Made by a program: the position numbers and the translations under genes. A DNA stretch of 64,000 nt, from assembly GCA_963749915.1 (NCBI GenBank), contig CAVVOP010000021.1:352001-416000 (forward strand), read 5' to 3'. Below are positions 32,016-43,263 of the stretch, in pieces. The notes under the pieces were generated by a model. It worked only from the letters and a program-made list of their open reading frames with translations. It did not search any database and had not been told where the DNA came from. Origin of the DNA: an uncultured cyanobacterium (lineage in GTDB: Bacteria; Cyanobacteriota; Cyanobacteriia; Cyanobacteriales; Cyanobacteriaceae). Each line of letters begins with the position of its first letter. Position 1 is the first letter of the stretch.

Positions 32016-32248
32016 TCTTCTTCAGTTAAAGATAAAAATTGCATATTAGAAATAGTTTCATCTAATTGACTATTTTGTTGAGAGTAAACTTGATTTAGTT
32101 TTTCGGTAATATCTTTTTTGCGTTCATGATTTTTGAGATAATCACTCATTGCTAAAGCATAAAGTTCATTAAGACTAATTCCTAATTTGTGTGCTAATTT
32201 TTCAGCTTGATTAAAGATAGAATCTGGAATAGAAATAGCTGTTTTCAT
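32009..32248 (-). CDS. RHH antitoxin (ChpI/MazE6-like)
   Basis: MKTAISIPDSIF...ITEKLNQVY...EEW. Confidence 0.8.
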   Translation of the reverse strand: MKTAISIPDSIFNQAEKLAHKLGISLNELYALAMSDYLKNHERKKDITEKLNQVYSQQNSQLDETISNMQFLSLTEEEW

Positions 32249-32420
32249 ATCTGAAGTTATACTATAAATAATTTAATGTTAATAGTATTTAATTTTGAAT
32301 AAAAGATAAGAAATATAATTAACTTAATTATACATCTAAGGTGAGTAAACCTCACTCTATGCCTCTCATTCTTAGAAATAAGTCAACCTCATGTCTAACC
32401 CTCTTTCACAGGGAAATTAA

Positions 32421-32492
32421 CCTCACCCCCAACCCCTCTCTTACAGGAGAATTAACCTCATCCCCAGCCCTTCTCCTTCAAGGAGAAGGGAG
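32421..32492. repeat. two REP-like elements (CCTCACCCCCAACCCCTCTC...GGAGA)
   Basis: Direct repeat AATTAACCTCA(C/T)CCCCA with terminal hairpins. Confidence 0.5.
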
Positions 32493-32557
32493 TAATGCCC
32501 ATTTACCCATTATGGGTGATAAGATTAAAGTAATATACTAAATAAATCAATTTTGTT

Positions 32558-32872
32558 ATGTCAGGAATAAATACGACAGAATTCAAAGAGTTTCATCAGA
32601 TCAAAAATCTTGTCTCTGCTGATGAAAGAGGAAGAATCACTTTGGGTGCTGAACTAAAAACTAGACAATTTCGAGTGCTGAAAAATGCCCTAGGGCAAAT
32701 ACTTTTAGATCCTGTAGTACCAATTCCTGAGCGTGAACTATGGTTGTGGGAAAATCAAGAAGCATTAAAATCAGTGAAAAAAGGATTACAAGAAGCAAGT
32801 GAAGGAGAAATTCAGGAAATGGGATCTTTTGCTGATTTTGCCGAGTTAGATGATGACTCAGAGGATGAGTAA
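32558..32872 (+). CDS. putative antitoxin (AbrB-like N-terminus)
   Basis: DERGRITLG...GQILLDP...KKGLQEASEG; acidic; 3 bp upstream of a RelE-like gene. Confidence 0.65.
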   Translation: MSGINTTEFKEFHQIKNLVSADERGRITLGAELKTRQFRVLKNALGQILLDPVVPIPERELWLWENQEALKSVKKGLQEASEGEIQEMGSFADFAELDDDSEDE

Positions 32873-32875
32873 ACT

Positions 32876-33166
32876 GTGCAATTTAAACTCAAATTTACTA
32901 CAGAAGCGAAAACAACATTAGAGCAAGTTAAACAAACAAATCCCAAAAAGTTTAAAAGAGTCGCTCAAACATTAGGAAGAATGGAAGTCAATCTTCGGCA
33001 CCCTAGCTTACAAACTCACCAATATCATAGTCTTTCAGGAAAAAATGGGGAAAAAGTATTTGAATCTTATGTGGAAAATAAAACCCCTTCTGCTTATCGC
33101 GTTTTCTGGCATTATGGGCCATCTACTCAAGAAATAACGATACTGGCGATTACTCCTCATCCTTAA
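32876..33166 (+). CDS. putative RelE/ParE-superfamily toxin
   Basis: FKLKFTTEA...RHPSLQTH...AYRVFWHY...ITPHP. Confidence 0.7.
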   Translation: MQFKLKFTTEAKTTLEQVKQTNPKKFKRVAQTLGRMEVNLRHPSLQTHQYHSLSGKNGEKVFESYVENKTPSAYRVFWHYGPSTQEITILAITPHP

Positions 33167-33309
33167 ATTTACTTTCAATTACCTATAGCAATGCTAAATC
33201 ATTTGTGTAAATTTTAACTGTGAAAACCTATAAACTTGTTAGATTGAAAGCTATAGTGAGCGAAACGCTCACACTCTTTTTTCTAAAATTATATTTTTTA
33301 CCTAAAAAT

Positions 33310-34328
33310 GGAGATAGAAAGCCCCCGTTATAAACCCAAAAATCTAATCGTTTTAACGGTGGGATGGGGCTTACAAGCACCTGAAATAAATTCAGGTGAC
33401 AGCCCCTCATGAATAGCGACCAACAACTAAAAGCCGATTAGGCTCTTGTTAAAGTATAATAATTTTATGGTAATAATTAACGGTAAAACATGTTAGTTAT
33501 TGAAGCTAAATTATACGGCAATCAACCTCAATATCGAATACTCGACGAGATGATTCGAACTGCTAGTTTTGTGCGTAATTCTTGTCTGAGATATTGGATG
33601 GACAACGAAAAAGTTGGACAATATGATTTGTCTGGTCAGTGTAAAATATTGGCTTCTGAATTTGAATGGGCAAAAAGTAGATAACCCTAGACATTTAAGA
33701 AAGTCTGAGAAGCAACTTAAAAAGCTTCAAAGACAAGTTAGCAAGAAGAAAAAAGGCAGTAAATCTCGTCGCAAAGCAATTAATAAATTAGGGAGAAAAC
33801 ATTTAAAAGTATCAAGGCAACGTAAAGACTGGGTGGTAAAATTAGCTCGGTGCGTGATCCAATCTAACGATTTGGTAGCTTATGAGAAATTAACTGTGAA
33901 AAATATGGTCAAAAATCACTGTTTAGCTAAAAGTATCAATGATGCTTCATGGCGGATGTTTTTTGACTGGCTAGAATACTACGGTCAAGTCATGGGCAAA
34001 ATTGTTTATGGTGTCAATCCACAATATACATCCCAAGAATGTCCACAATGTCAACAAATAGTCAAAAAAACTTTGTCTCAACGAACTCATATTTGTGAGT
34101 GCGGATGCGAATTAGATCGAGATGAAGCAGCAGCAATCAATATTTTAGCAAAAGCATTAAGAGAATTAAGTAGGGGTGGGCAATCCCAAACTTCTAGCCG
34201 AGAGCTAGTCAACGCTAATGGACACATCAACCTCTGTCAGTTGAGCGAGAGCTTAATTGGTAAGTTGAGTGGATGAAGTTAGAATCCCCCACTATAGCCC
34301 GAAGGGTTTAGTGGCGGGAGAATGTCAA
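33310..34328 (+). mobile_element. tnpB: IS605/IS1341-type element with internally deleted tnpB (33490-34276) and intact right end
   Basis: HTH N-terminus fused out of frame to RuvC/Zn-ribbon region (YEKL, TSQECPQC, CECG, DRDEAAAINI); right-end hairpin ending TGTCAA. Confidence 0.85.
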
Positions 34329-34361
34329 AGCTCCTACACGAACTACTATAAAGTTAACATT

Positions 34362-34619
34362 ATGAATGCTTACAAGAAATATTTGACTATTGATGATTCT
34401 CAGCAATTAGTTTTATCCAATTTACCATTTAAACCAGGTCAAAAAGTTGAAGTAATTATCTTATCCGAAGAAGATCAACAAATAGAAGAAAGAGTAAAAG
34501 AATTACAGGAAAAAATAGAAGTTGGTACCCAACAGATTGAAGCAGGAAAAGTAACAGATGGAGAAGTCGTTTTTGCTCAAATAAAAGAAAAATTACACCA
34601 AGATTATGGGGTTGAATAA
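34362..34619 (+). CDS. ParD-like antitoxin
   Basis: LPFKPGQKVEVII and ELQEKIEVG...GKVTDGEVVF; TAATG-coupled to parE. Confidence 0.75.
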   Translation: MNAYKKYLTIDDSQQLVLSNLPFKPGQKVEVIILSEEDQQIEERVKELQEKIEVGTQQIEAGKVTDGEVVFAQIKEKLHQDYGVE

Positions 34620-34915
34620 TGGGCAGTTATAGTTTCTCCGAAGAAGCGATTAAAGACTTAAATGATATTTGTGATTATGTCGCCCAAATTAATCCCCAAG
34701 CCGCAAGTAATCTTTTTGATGCAATTCGCAAGAAATGCAAATTGGTAGCGAATTTTCCCAATATGGGTAAAAATTACGATAAACTCAAGCCTAATCTCAG
34801 AGGCTTTTTAGTTGATGATTATATAATTTTTTATTATCCCCAAGAAGAGGGAATAGCTATTGCGAGAGTTGTTTATGGATATCGAGATTTAGAAGAGTTT
34901 TTTGAAGATTCTTAA
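34619..34915 (+). CDS. ParE-family toxin
   Basis: FSEEAIKDL..I.DY.AQ.NP.AA...FPNMG...YIIFY...RVVYGYRDL. Confidence 0.88.
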   Translation: MGSYSFSEEAIKDLNDICDYVAQINPQAASNLFDAIRKKCKLVANFPNMGKNYDKLKPNLRGFLVDDYIIFYYPQEEGIAIARVVYGYRDLEEFFEDS

Positions 34916-35014
34916 TTTGAAAGACAAAATCCTCCAGTTCAACATCTTAATCCGCTAGCTATTAGGAATAAACTCTTCGTCTAATTTGGCTTTGCTACTC
35001 AGGAAAAACTACCG

Positions 35015-36876
35015 ATGAAAATTCCCGTTAAACTCCAAGAATTACTGCAACAAGATCAAGCAACACTCACCCCCATCATTATGTTGATTGGTCAAGGCAA
35101 TGTAATCTTAGACTGTTCTGGAGTAGAAAGCATAACGGCAGAGCAATTAGAGTTTATTTTTGCCCAAATTCCTGATGATTGGGATTTTACCAAGTTAACA
35201 GAAATAATTAATCTAGATACCCTGTCAGAAACCTTTGCTAATCAGCTCCAACATCGTTTCACCCCACCTTCAGAGTCAGAAATAATCCCCCAGTCATCTA
35301 TAGAAAAAACGCCGCAAATAGAGTCATTAGATATATTTAATCTCCGCAATGAAATCATTGACGATTATCGCAGTTATATCGAAAGCTTTTTAAAAATTCG
35401 TGACTCTAAAATTGAGCAGTTTGTCGAGCAAGAGTTAGAGAAAGGAGAACTATGGCCAGATCCTTTAATTCAGCTTAATCCTAGTTATAAACAGGGCAAA
35501 AACGTCACTGAGTTAATCACAGAAGGTATCTTACATCCTGAAACCAAAGGCTACTTTTCCCGAAATGGCACTCCTTATACTTTTCGGTACCACCAAGAAC
35601 AAGCCTTTAGGGTGGCTCATCGTCAAGAACCTTATGTATTAACCACTGGTACAGGTTCAGGAAAAAGTATGACCTATGTAGTACCTATTTTTGATGATTT
35701 ACTACGTCATCCAGAGATTAAGGGAGTCAGAGCAATATTGGTCTATCCCATGAATGCTTTAATTAATTCCCAAAAAGAAGAATTTGATAAGTTCCTCTCC
35801 CAAGTACCTAATAGTCATATTCGGGTAGAACAATATACAGGTCAAGAAAGTCTGGCGAAAAAAACTGAGATTCAAAACAATCCTCCGCAAATTATCTTGA
35901 CTAACTATGTGATGTTAGAATTGATGCTCAGTCGCACCCATGAGAAAAAATTAGTTGCTTCTCCCGATTTAAAATTCCTGGTTTTAGACGAATTACATAC
36001 TTATAGAGGTCGTCAGGGAGCGGATGTAGGGATTTTAATCCGTAAGTTAAGACAAAGATGTGGTCAACAACTTCTCTGTATTGGTACTAGTGCCACCATG
36101 TCCACAGAAGGGAAAAGAAGAGATCGTCAAAAGACTGTAGCAGGTGTAGCAAGTAAGTTATTTGGGGTAGAAGTAAAACCTGACAACGTTATTGACGAAA
36201 CCTTAGAACCTTCTATTAAACGTCCCTATCCCACAGTGGAAGAATTGCGAGAAGTAATTGATAGCTGAAGGGGTGACGACACCTCTGAAACGATTAAACT
36301 GTAAACATTTCAAAGGCTATTCTCAATAAGAACTTGAGATACTATCAATTTATATAGTATGTCAAAAAGCCGAATTAATTACCAAATATAGCTTTTGGGC
36401 TGCTCGTCACCCCTTCAGGGATTTTTGGCAAAAACATGAGCATCCCTTACTACTACAAGCTACACCTAATGAACGTTATAGTATTATTCTGGCTGTTCTC
36501 AATCAACTACGTAAATTAATGCTTTAGCAGATGCAGGCTATTTACTTCAAGAAAACGATAAAGTGCAATTGCGGATTGACTCTCTGATTTGGAAAGCAGA
36601 AAAAGTAACCAATATTCCCCTAGATCCTATGACATCCAAAAGGTTACAAGGAAGTGAATCAACAGACATTGAAGTTAATCGCTTTTTTCAAGATTTCTAC
36701 GACTCCAGTAATTTAAGTACCCAGAATTTAGAAGGAAGAGAACATACAGGACAAGTTAAAAACGAACAACGTCAACAAAGGGAAGATAGCTTCCGTCAAG
36801 GAGAATTAGCAGCTTTATTCTGTTCTCCCACGATGGAATTAGGCATTGATATAGCGGATCTGAATGTAGTTCATAT
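35015..36876 (+). pseudogene. N-terminal half of the DEAH-box helicase, interrupted by a MITE and deletions and ending at IS1634 copy 3
   Basis: TGTGSGKS, YPMNAL, DELH, SAT, EHTGQV and [18 protein letters not shown]. Confidence 0.9.
36265..36418. mobile_element. 154-bp MITE related to the IS4 element
   Basis: Perfect 15-bp TIRs CTGAAGGGGTGACGA / TCGTCACCCCTTCAG, similar to the IS4 TIR CTGAGGGGGCGACAA. Confidence 0.8.
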
Positions 36877-38974
36877 CCCACATTCCGCACGTCACTTTGT
36901 AAGATGATAAAAGTATTAAAACCAAGCAACTTATTTTGGACAAAATATAAGTAATAATACTCAATATCTTCTTTATTCGCGTTTTGTACTTGCGAACTTT
37001 GCTCAAATTAAAATCTCATTGTCAATAACTTCACCTTTAATGAGAATAAATAAACAGAGCAAATCTATCAGTTTTCTCTTCTTTATTTATGGTATTATAA
37101 TTGAGAATGTTTAGACTCTTAAATCCCATAAGTTATCCAGATAAAATATAATAATTATGACAAGAAATCGGGAAAAAACTTAAAATTAGTTTTCGTTCAT
37201 TTGTTAGATTTACTATCTGTTTTATTCCTTGATTTATTACTAAATGAATCCCCTGAAAACATTGAAATATCCATCTTAACGTTGGACGTTCCGTTAGTTT
37301 TCCTAGCTGATTTTTTATCCCCGTTTTTCTCTCCTCTAATAAGCGACGCACTTCTCTTTGCCCCAAAGAATAGACTAACAGACATAACCCCATCAACATT
37401 GCCATTGTTTCGATTCTTTTTGGGGTTTTTAAAAACACACTATCGGCAAAAAATAATGGCTCTTTCAGAAAACTAAAACCTCTTTCTGCGGCTTGTTGCT
37501 CTTTATACTTAATTAAAATTTCATCAGAATTAAATTTACTTTTATCCAATCTATTTGTAGCTAACACAAATCTTCCTGCTCTTTTTTTTGATTCGTTTAT
37601 TTTCGTTAAATCTGATTTCAAAATAGCCGTAACTTGATAAGTTTTTCCCGATTTTTCTTCTTTCTTTTTCGATTTTTTCTTGTGATTATTTAACTCACTT
37701 TCTGTCATTTTTAGCTCGGTTATGTGATGATATTTTAAAGTCTTATTTAGTCTCACAACTGTTTCATAAGCTCCCTCTGATGAGCTAAATTCTTCTTTCA
37801 TCAATTTCTTTAATATTTCTTCGGTTTTTTCTTTTTCTTTCTCTATTTTTTCCCTTAGTTTTTCTAGCTCTGATACTTTTCTTTTTTCACTTTCTACTAT
37901 TAACCATCTTTGCTCAATTTCTGCATAATTATTCCTTACTTCACACCATGAATATCCTTCTAAACTACTTGGAGTCAAATCAGATTCTGATAGTTCTGAA
38001 ACTAAATTTTTTGCCTCTTTTATTGATAGTGGAACTCTCGATAACCATTCTATTCCACTCATTAATTTCAGGTTATTTTCTGTATATAAGGCACTATCAC
38101 CTACTATCATCGTCTCAAAATCTATCATTGATTTGTATTCTTTCGCTATTTTGCCGAAAACTGCTCTATCATTTTCATTGCCATCTGCTACTCTTAAAAA
38201 TAGTGGAATATCACCATCACCACTCACAATTAAATCCAAAATAAATTGTTTTAAATCTGGTCTATGGTCACGGGAATAACCTTTAATTATCTTAATTGGA
38301 ATTTGATTAATTAACTCTAATTCTGCATTTTCTTTCACCAAGTTTTTGGTGATTTTTTCTTGATTATATTTCCCCTCTACTGCAAAAGAAGTTGAATCTA
38401 AATGGGAAAAATCTATATTGATATTATATTTTTTTACTATGGCTAAAGCAATAATTAAAAATAATGGAGATAATCCTTTTTCATAAAGTTTATCCATTAT
38501 TCTTCCAATTCTATCATCGTTCAAATGCTCAGGTAGTATTCCTTTTCCGATTAAATGTTCTGTGGCTTTGTCTTTAAAAAACTGTGGAAATAGATAAAGA
38601 GGTCGAGAAATAAATCCTAATCCGTTCAGAATAATTGCTTTGACTATTTGACCTGCTGTCACGATTTCCCTCTCGTCAATACCGAGGGCATCATTAATAA
38701 TTTCTTCAATGCCAATTTCATCTATAACTCCAGCAATTAATCCTAAATGATTAATGGTTTGAACTTGTATATCTTCTGAAAACATCATTTCCAAAATTAA
38801 ATTAAAAACTGAATTTAATTATCCCTTAAACGTTGCTCATTTTTCTACTAATTTATCTGAGTTCTCTTTATAAGCTAGAGAACTAATCACCGAGTATTTC
38901 TTGTCGTAGTCAATCACTGTTCAACCTCTAACCTCGTAATCTGAATTTATACAGTTTGACGTGCGGAATGTGGG
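36877..38974 (-). mobile_element. IS1634-family element, copy 3, full length with intact 553-aa transposase (37133-38794)
   Basis: TIRs; HLDSTS, GYSRDHRPDLKQF and ERGFSFLK...FLKTPKRI motifs. Confidence 0.95.
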
Positions 38975-39559
38975 TTAGAAACTCGCTACTATTTGAACAG
39001 TTTTCCCAGTAATGCCGAAGTCTTTGGCCAAGCGGTTCGTAGTCATTGGGGAATAGAAAATTCTCTTCATTGGGTTTTAGATGTTAGCTTTCGTGAAGAT
39101 GAGTGTCGAATTCGCCGAGATAACTCTCCTGAGAATTTTGCTTTACTTCGTCATATTGCTCTCAATCTTCTTTCTCAAGAAAAAACTGCGATGATGGGTA
39201 TTCAAAATAAACGTCTTCAAGCTGCTTGGGATGACCAATATCTTGCTTGCACAAGTGTTAAGAATTTAAACAGACAAACTGACTGAAAAGCCTATTTTTC
39301 CGTTGGACAATCTTCCTTGTCTACCAATCTTCCCCCTCAAAAGATGTCTTACCCTCACCAGAATGTAAAAAAACTAACCTTGTCAGCTCGCCTCTTGAAG
39401 TAGCGATCGCCTTTTGAAGCAGCGATCGCCCTAATGCCAGATTATCTATACACTCTCATTGATTGGAAATATGCTAAGGGCTTGGAGTTAACCAAAATTT
39501 ACGGAAACCCTCTGAGCTTATCATTTTCCCTTCTTCAAAATTTAGATGCGTTTGCCCTG
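38975..39559 (+). pseudogene. ISAs1-family transposase 3' remnant with right end; interrupted near 39250
   Basis: RSHWGIENSLHWVLDVSFRED; terminal TTTAGATGCGTTTGCCCTG. Confidence 0.8.
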
Positions 39560-39629
39560 CGATACCCAACCTTCAAATTGATTTTAATTTGATTTTTTGG
39601 TAATAGCTAATTTATTTTTTCAGCAAATC

Positions 39630-40268
39630 CTAATTCAAAGCATCCTTCAAAGCAGTACGGGCGGCTAAGTTTCCTCTTGTAGTCGTTAAGATATCAATTT
39701 CTCTTTGCAACCTTTCTGCTGTATCTTGCATTTCTAATAATGCTTGTTGTTCAATTGCCACTCCATAAAGATTACTAGCTATCCAGTAGGATAATTCTCT
39801 GGGTAAAGTGGGCAAATTTTCTGGTAACTCAATTCTTTGATCTGTTAACTTAGCAGACAAGTTCACAACATCATGCAATAAAGTTGTTGCTTCCTTGGCT
39901 TTTTCCCGCAAATTATATTGGGTAGAATTATCCTCAAACCACTCCACTAAGGCAACTCGATAAGGTTTTTCCCTCACATATTCTAACACTCTAAATCTCT
40001 GCTGCCCTAAAGTTAACACCTTCATGCGATCGTCGGGTAAACGTTCAAAATGGATTATTTCCGCACAACAACCCACGTTAGCAATTTCTCCGTTACTAGG
40101 ATTGATCATTAATACTCCAAAACGGCGATCATATTCTAAAATAGTATTCATCATCATGCGATAACGAAATTCGAAGATATGCAACGGTAAAGGGCGCCCC
40201 GGAAATAACACGACTTCGGGAAGGGGAAACAGGGGTAATTCTCTAACTGCGATGGAAGAAGATGCCAT
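39630..40268 (-). CDS. LON peptidase substrate-binding domain protein
   Basis: LPLFPLPEVVLFPGRPLPLHIFEFRYR. Confidence 0.9.
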   Translation of the reverse strand: MASSSIAVRELPLFPLPEVVLFPGRPLPLHIFEFRYRMMMNTILEYDRRFGVLMINPSNGEIANVGCCAEIIHFERLPDDRMKVLTLGQQRFRVLEYVREKPYRVALVEWFEDNSTQYNLREKAKEATTLLHDVVNLSAKLTDQRIELPENLPTLPRELSYWIASNLYGVAIEQQALLEMQDTAERLQREIDILTTTRGNLAARTALKDALN

Positions 40269-40391
40269 GATTTTTCGCTCTAATTATGCACTTTTCTCTA
40301 ATTTAGCGGATTTTGGCATCAATTAACAGTTGACCATTCAGTTAAAAAAGTGCGATCCCTTAATCTTTTTCCCTTAGAATCTTTTAGACTT

Positions 40392-41531
40392 TCAAAATAT
40401 CTCGGAATTAATGCCAATGGCCTCATTTATATGATCAAATCCGTTTTCTGCTAATTTTTGGGTTAATCCCTGCAAAATTTCTTTGACAACCCAAGGACCT
40501 TCATAAATCCATCCGCTATAAAATTGTAATAAACTTGCCCCTGCGGTAATTTTTTCCCATGCGGATTCTGCGTCAAAAATACCCCCTACACCAATAATGG
40601 GCAATTTTCCGTTAGTTTTTCGATAAATAAACCTAATTACTTCTGTAGATCGATTTCTTAAAGGTTGTCCGCTAATTCCTCCTGCTTCCTCCGTTATCGG
40701 TTTACCCGTAGCTGGCAGAATCCGAGTTTTTAACCCGTCTCTTTTAACAGTGGTATTGGTGGCAACGATGCCCGATAAATTATATTGCTGGGACACCTTT
40801 AAAATTGACCTTATATCATCCCAATCCAAGTCTGGAGCTATTTTGATCAAAATCGGTTTTTCCCCTTGATTATGGTTGTTTAAAGCCTCTAGGATTGGCT
40901 CTAATTGCTCTCCCCCCTGAAGCGATCGCAATCCGGGAGTATTGGGAGAACTGACATTTACCACAAAATAATCCCCATAGGGGGATAAAAGGTGAAAACT
41001 GCCCACATAATCTTCGGCGGCTTGATCTAATTCGGTAACTTTAGATTTACATAAATTAATACCGATGGGAATAGTGCGGGGGTGTCTTTCCCATGTCTCT
41101 TTCAGTCGTTGTGCGATGGTCGCAGCACCGTCATTATTAGCACCCATACGATTCAGAATCGCCTTATCGGCTGGTAAACGAAACATTCGAGGAGAAGGAT
41201 TACCTATTTGAGAATGGAGAGTAACCGCACCCAACTCAGCAAAACTAAAGCCAAAACTTGACCAAATAGCGGCCGCTTGAGCATTTTTATCGAATCCGGG
41301 TGCTAAACCTAAAGGGTGAGAAAAGTTTAAATTCCAGAAAGATTGAGATAAAGAAGAATGACTATAACAAAAGGATTTTTCCATCTGTTGAATAGTCCAT
41401 TGTCCCAAAAAATTATCCTGTCGAAAACTTAATTGTTGTAATAAATTTAAGGTTTGTATATGGGCAAATTCCGGATTAGCTTTTAAAGACGCAAAAAAGG
41501 CAGAATATAAAGGTTTGAGAATATTTAACAT
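40392..41531 (-). CDS. pyrD: dihydroorotate dehydrogenase (quinone)
   Basis: [29 protein letters not shown] and GGISG motifs. Confidence 0.95.
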   Translation of the reverse strand: MLNILKPLYSAFFASLKANPEFAHIQTLNLLQQLSFRQDNFLGQWTIQQMEKSFCYSHSSLSQSFWNLNFSHPLGLAPGFDKNAQAAAIWSSFGFSFAELGAVTLHSQIGNPSPRMFRLPADKAILNRMGANNDGAATIAQRLKETWERHPRTIPIGINLCKSKVTELDQAAEDYVGSFHLLSPYGDYFVVNVSSPNTPGLRSLQGGEQLEPILEALNNHNQGEKPILIKIAPDLDWDDIRSILKVSQQYNLSGIVATNTTVKRDGLKTRILPATGKPITEEAGGISGQPLRNRSTEVIRFIYRKTNGKLPIIGVGGIFDAESAWEKITAGASLLQFYSGWIYEGPWVVKEILQGLTQKLAENGFDHINEAIGINSEIF

Positions 41532-41698
41532 TTGTTAAGAATGATTACGAAATTAACGATCGCTGAGTAGTTTTAATACTCTTATCTTTGGTGATAATTT
41601 GAAGATGTAGATAAAATAACGTTATCGTCTCCACAGAATTAATTAACAAAATAAATCCTTTTTCAATATATTCAGGATAGGTTTTTGTTGATCCCTAT

Positions 41699-41714
41699 TG
41701 TATATACGAATACA
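41699..41714. promoter_or_regulatory. possible NtcA binding site
   Basis: TGTA-N8-TACA in the divergent intergenic region between pyrD and the next gene. Confidence 0.35.
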
Positions 41715-41934
41715 TTATTTTAATTGTGAACTAAAAGTTCATCTAAGTTAACAAAAATTTAACTAAATATTTAGATATGTTAAGCAATAGTTAAAACAAT
41801 ATGAACAAAAAACTCTTTAAAAAACAGTATTCCTCTAGCTACGAGCCGTTTATAGCTTACAAAGCCCTGATCCCAGATAGTTGATAATGGGGGAGGAGAA
41901 AAAACCATTAGACAAATTCCATAGCTGTAAGAAA

Positions 41935-42222
41935 ATGAAACTAATTAATTGTTGTGCTTCTGCTTGTCGTTATTGTAGATTCTATAATCCTGAAGGGAGA
42001 CGAGGGGGAATGTGTTCACAACTGGGAGTTTTAGTTAAAGCGGAGTGGAAATCCTGTAATTTGGCCGCCCCAGCTTTTAATACTGAATGGCAAACCCTTC
42101 CAGAAATTGCTGCACTAGAAAAATCCTTTTCTTTAGGATGTGCTACCCCTCAAGCTAATTTAGAAGCAGAATCGGCTTCTCATGGTCTTAGTGAAACAAA
42201 AACACTGTCGGATATATTTTAG
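41935..42222 (+). CDS. small Cys-rich cyanobacterial hypothetical protein
   Basis: SACRYCRFYNPEGRRGGMC...C..A.P.F. Confidence 0.7.
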   Translation: MKLINCCASACRYCRFYNPEGRRGGMCSQLGVLVKAEWKSCNLAAPAFNTEWQTLPEIAALEKSFSLGCATPQANLEAESASHGLSETKTLSDIF

Positions 42223-42423
42223 TTATTAATAATATATTTCAGTTATTAATAGTAGATGTTTTTTGCTCAATCAATCAATCATTCATTTTCTTAACTCCGT
42301 CAAATAACATCAACAAACCCCCCAAAATAATGGCTAGAGCCAGTATTCCTAAAATTGAATCCAACTGATTTATCTCCATATATCTTTTTTTTGATAAAAT
42401 TACTCATTGTCCATTGTTCATTG

Positions 42424-43263
42424 CTACGGTAACCAAGGATATTGACGGAAATTGGGCGATCGCTTCTCTAAAAAAGCTTGTTTTCCTTCTGTACCTTCCT
42501 CTGTTAAATAGTATAATAAAGTGGCATTTCCTGCCAACTCTTGCAACCCTACTTGGCCATCACAATCGGCATTGAAGGCAGATTTTAAACAACGAATCGC
42601 CGTAGGACTTTTTTCGAGGATTTCCTGTGCCCATTTTATCCCCTCAGATTCTAAATCTTCTAGAGGAACAACAGTATTAACTAACCCCATATCTAAAGCT
42701 TCTTGAGCGTGATATTGACGACACAAAAACCAAATTTCACGGGCCTTTTTTTGTCCCACAACACGAGCGAGATAACTAGCACCAAAACCGCCGTCAAAAC
42801 TGCCCACTTTTGGCCCTGTTTGCCCAAAAATAGCGTTATCCGCCGCAATAGTCAAATCACAGATTAAGTGTAAAACATGACCACCGCCGATGGCATATCC
42901 AGCAACTAAGGCAATAACAACCTTGGGAATAGAGCGAATTAATCTTTGTAAGTCTAAAACATTTAAGCGAGGCACGCCGTCATTTCCGATATATCCCCCT
43001 TTTCCCCTCACACTTTGATCTCCACCGGAACAAAAAGCGTATTTGCCATCAGTATGAGGACCCGCACCTGTCAATAGAATAACTCCAATGTTTTGATCTT
43101 CCCTGGCATCGCAAAAAGCAGAGTAAAGTTCACATACTGTTTGAGGACGAAAAGCATTACGTTTCCAGGGGCGATTAATAACTATTTTGGCGATCCCATC
43201 ATATTTGAAATATAATATGTCGTCGTATGCTCCAACGGTTTCCCAATTAACACTCATGGACAA
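42424..43263 (-). CDS. menB: 1,4-dihydroxy-2-naphthoyl-CoA synthase
   Basis: RNAFRP, FCSGGDQ and [10 protein letters not shown] motifs. Confidence 0.96.
   Translation of the reverse strand: MSMSVNWETVGAYDDILYFKYDGIAKIVINRPWKRNAFRPQTVCELYSAFCDAREDQNIGVILLTGAGPHTDGKYAFCSGGDQSVRGKGGYIGNDGVPRLNVLDLQRLIRSIPKVVIALVAGYAIGGGHVLHLICDLTIAADNAIFGQTGPKVGSFDGGFGASYLARVVGQKKAREIWFLCRQYHAQEALDMGLVNTVVPLEDLESEGIKWAQEILEKSPTAIRCLKSAFNADCDGQVGLQELAGNATLLYYLTEEGTEGKQAFLEKRSPNFRQYPWLP

Noticed and set aside
30139..38974. Inversion as a reversible phase-variation switch for the helicase
   Set aside because: Re-inversion would still leave an IS in the gene, and both halves carry further lesions (MITE, deletions).
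38975..38981. TTAGAAA flanks of IS1634 copies 2 and 3 as a second target duplication
   Set aside because: After undoing the inversion they are inverted rather than direct repeats and belong to unrelated sequences; probably target preference or chance.
12985..39559. tRNA-Gly-anchored prophage or integrative element
   Set aside because: No integrase, phage genes or duplicated tRNA 3' end seen, and the tRNA 3' end points away from the island.
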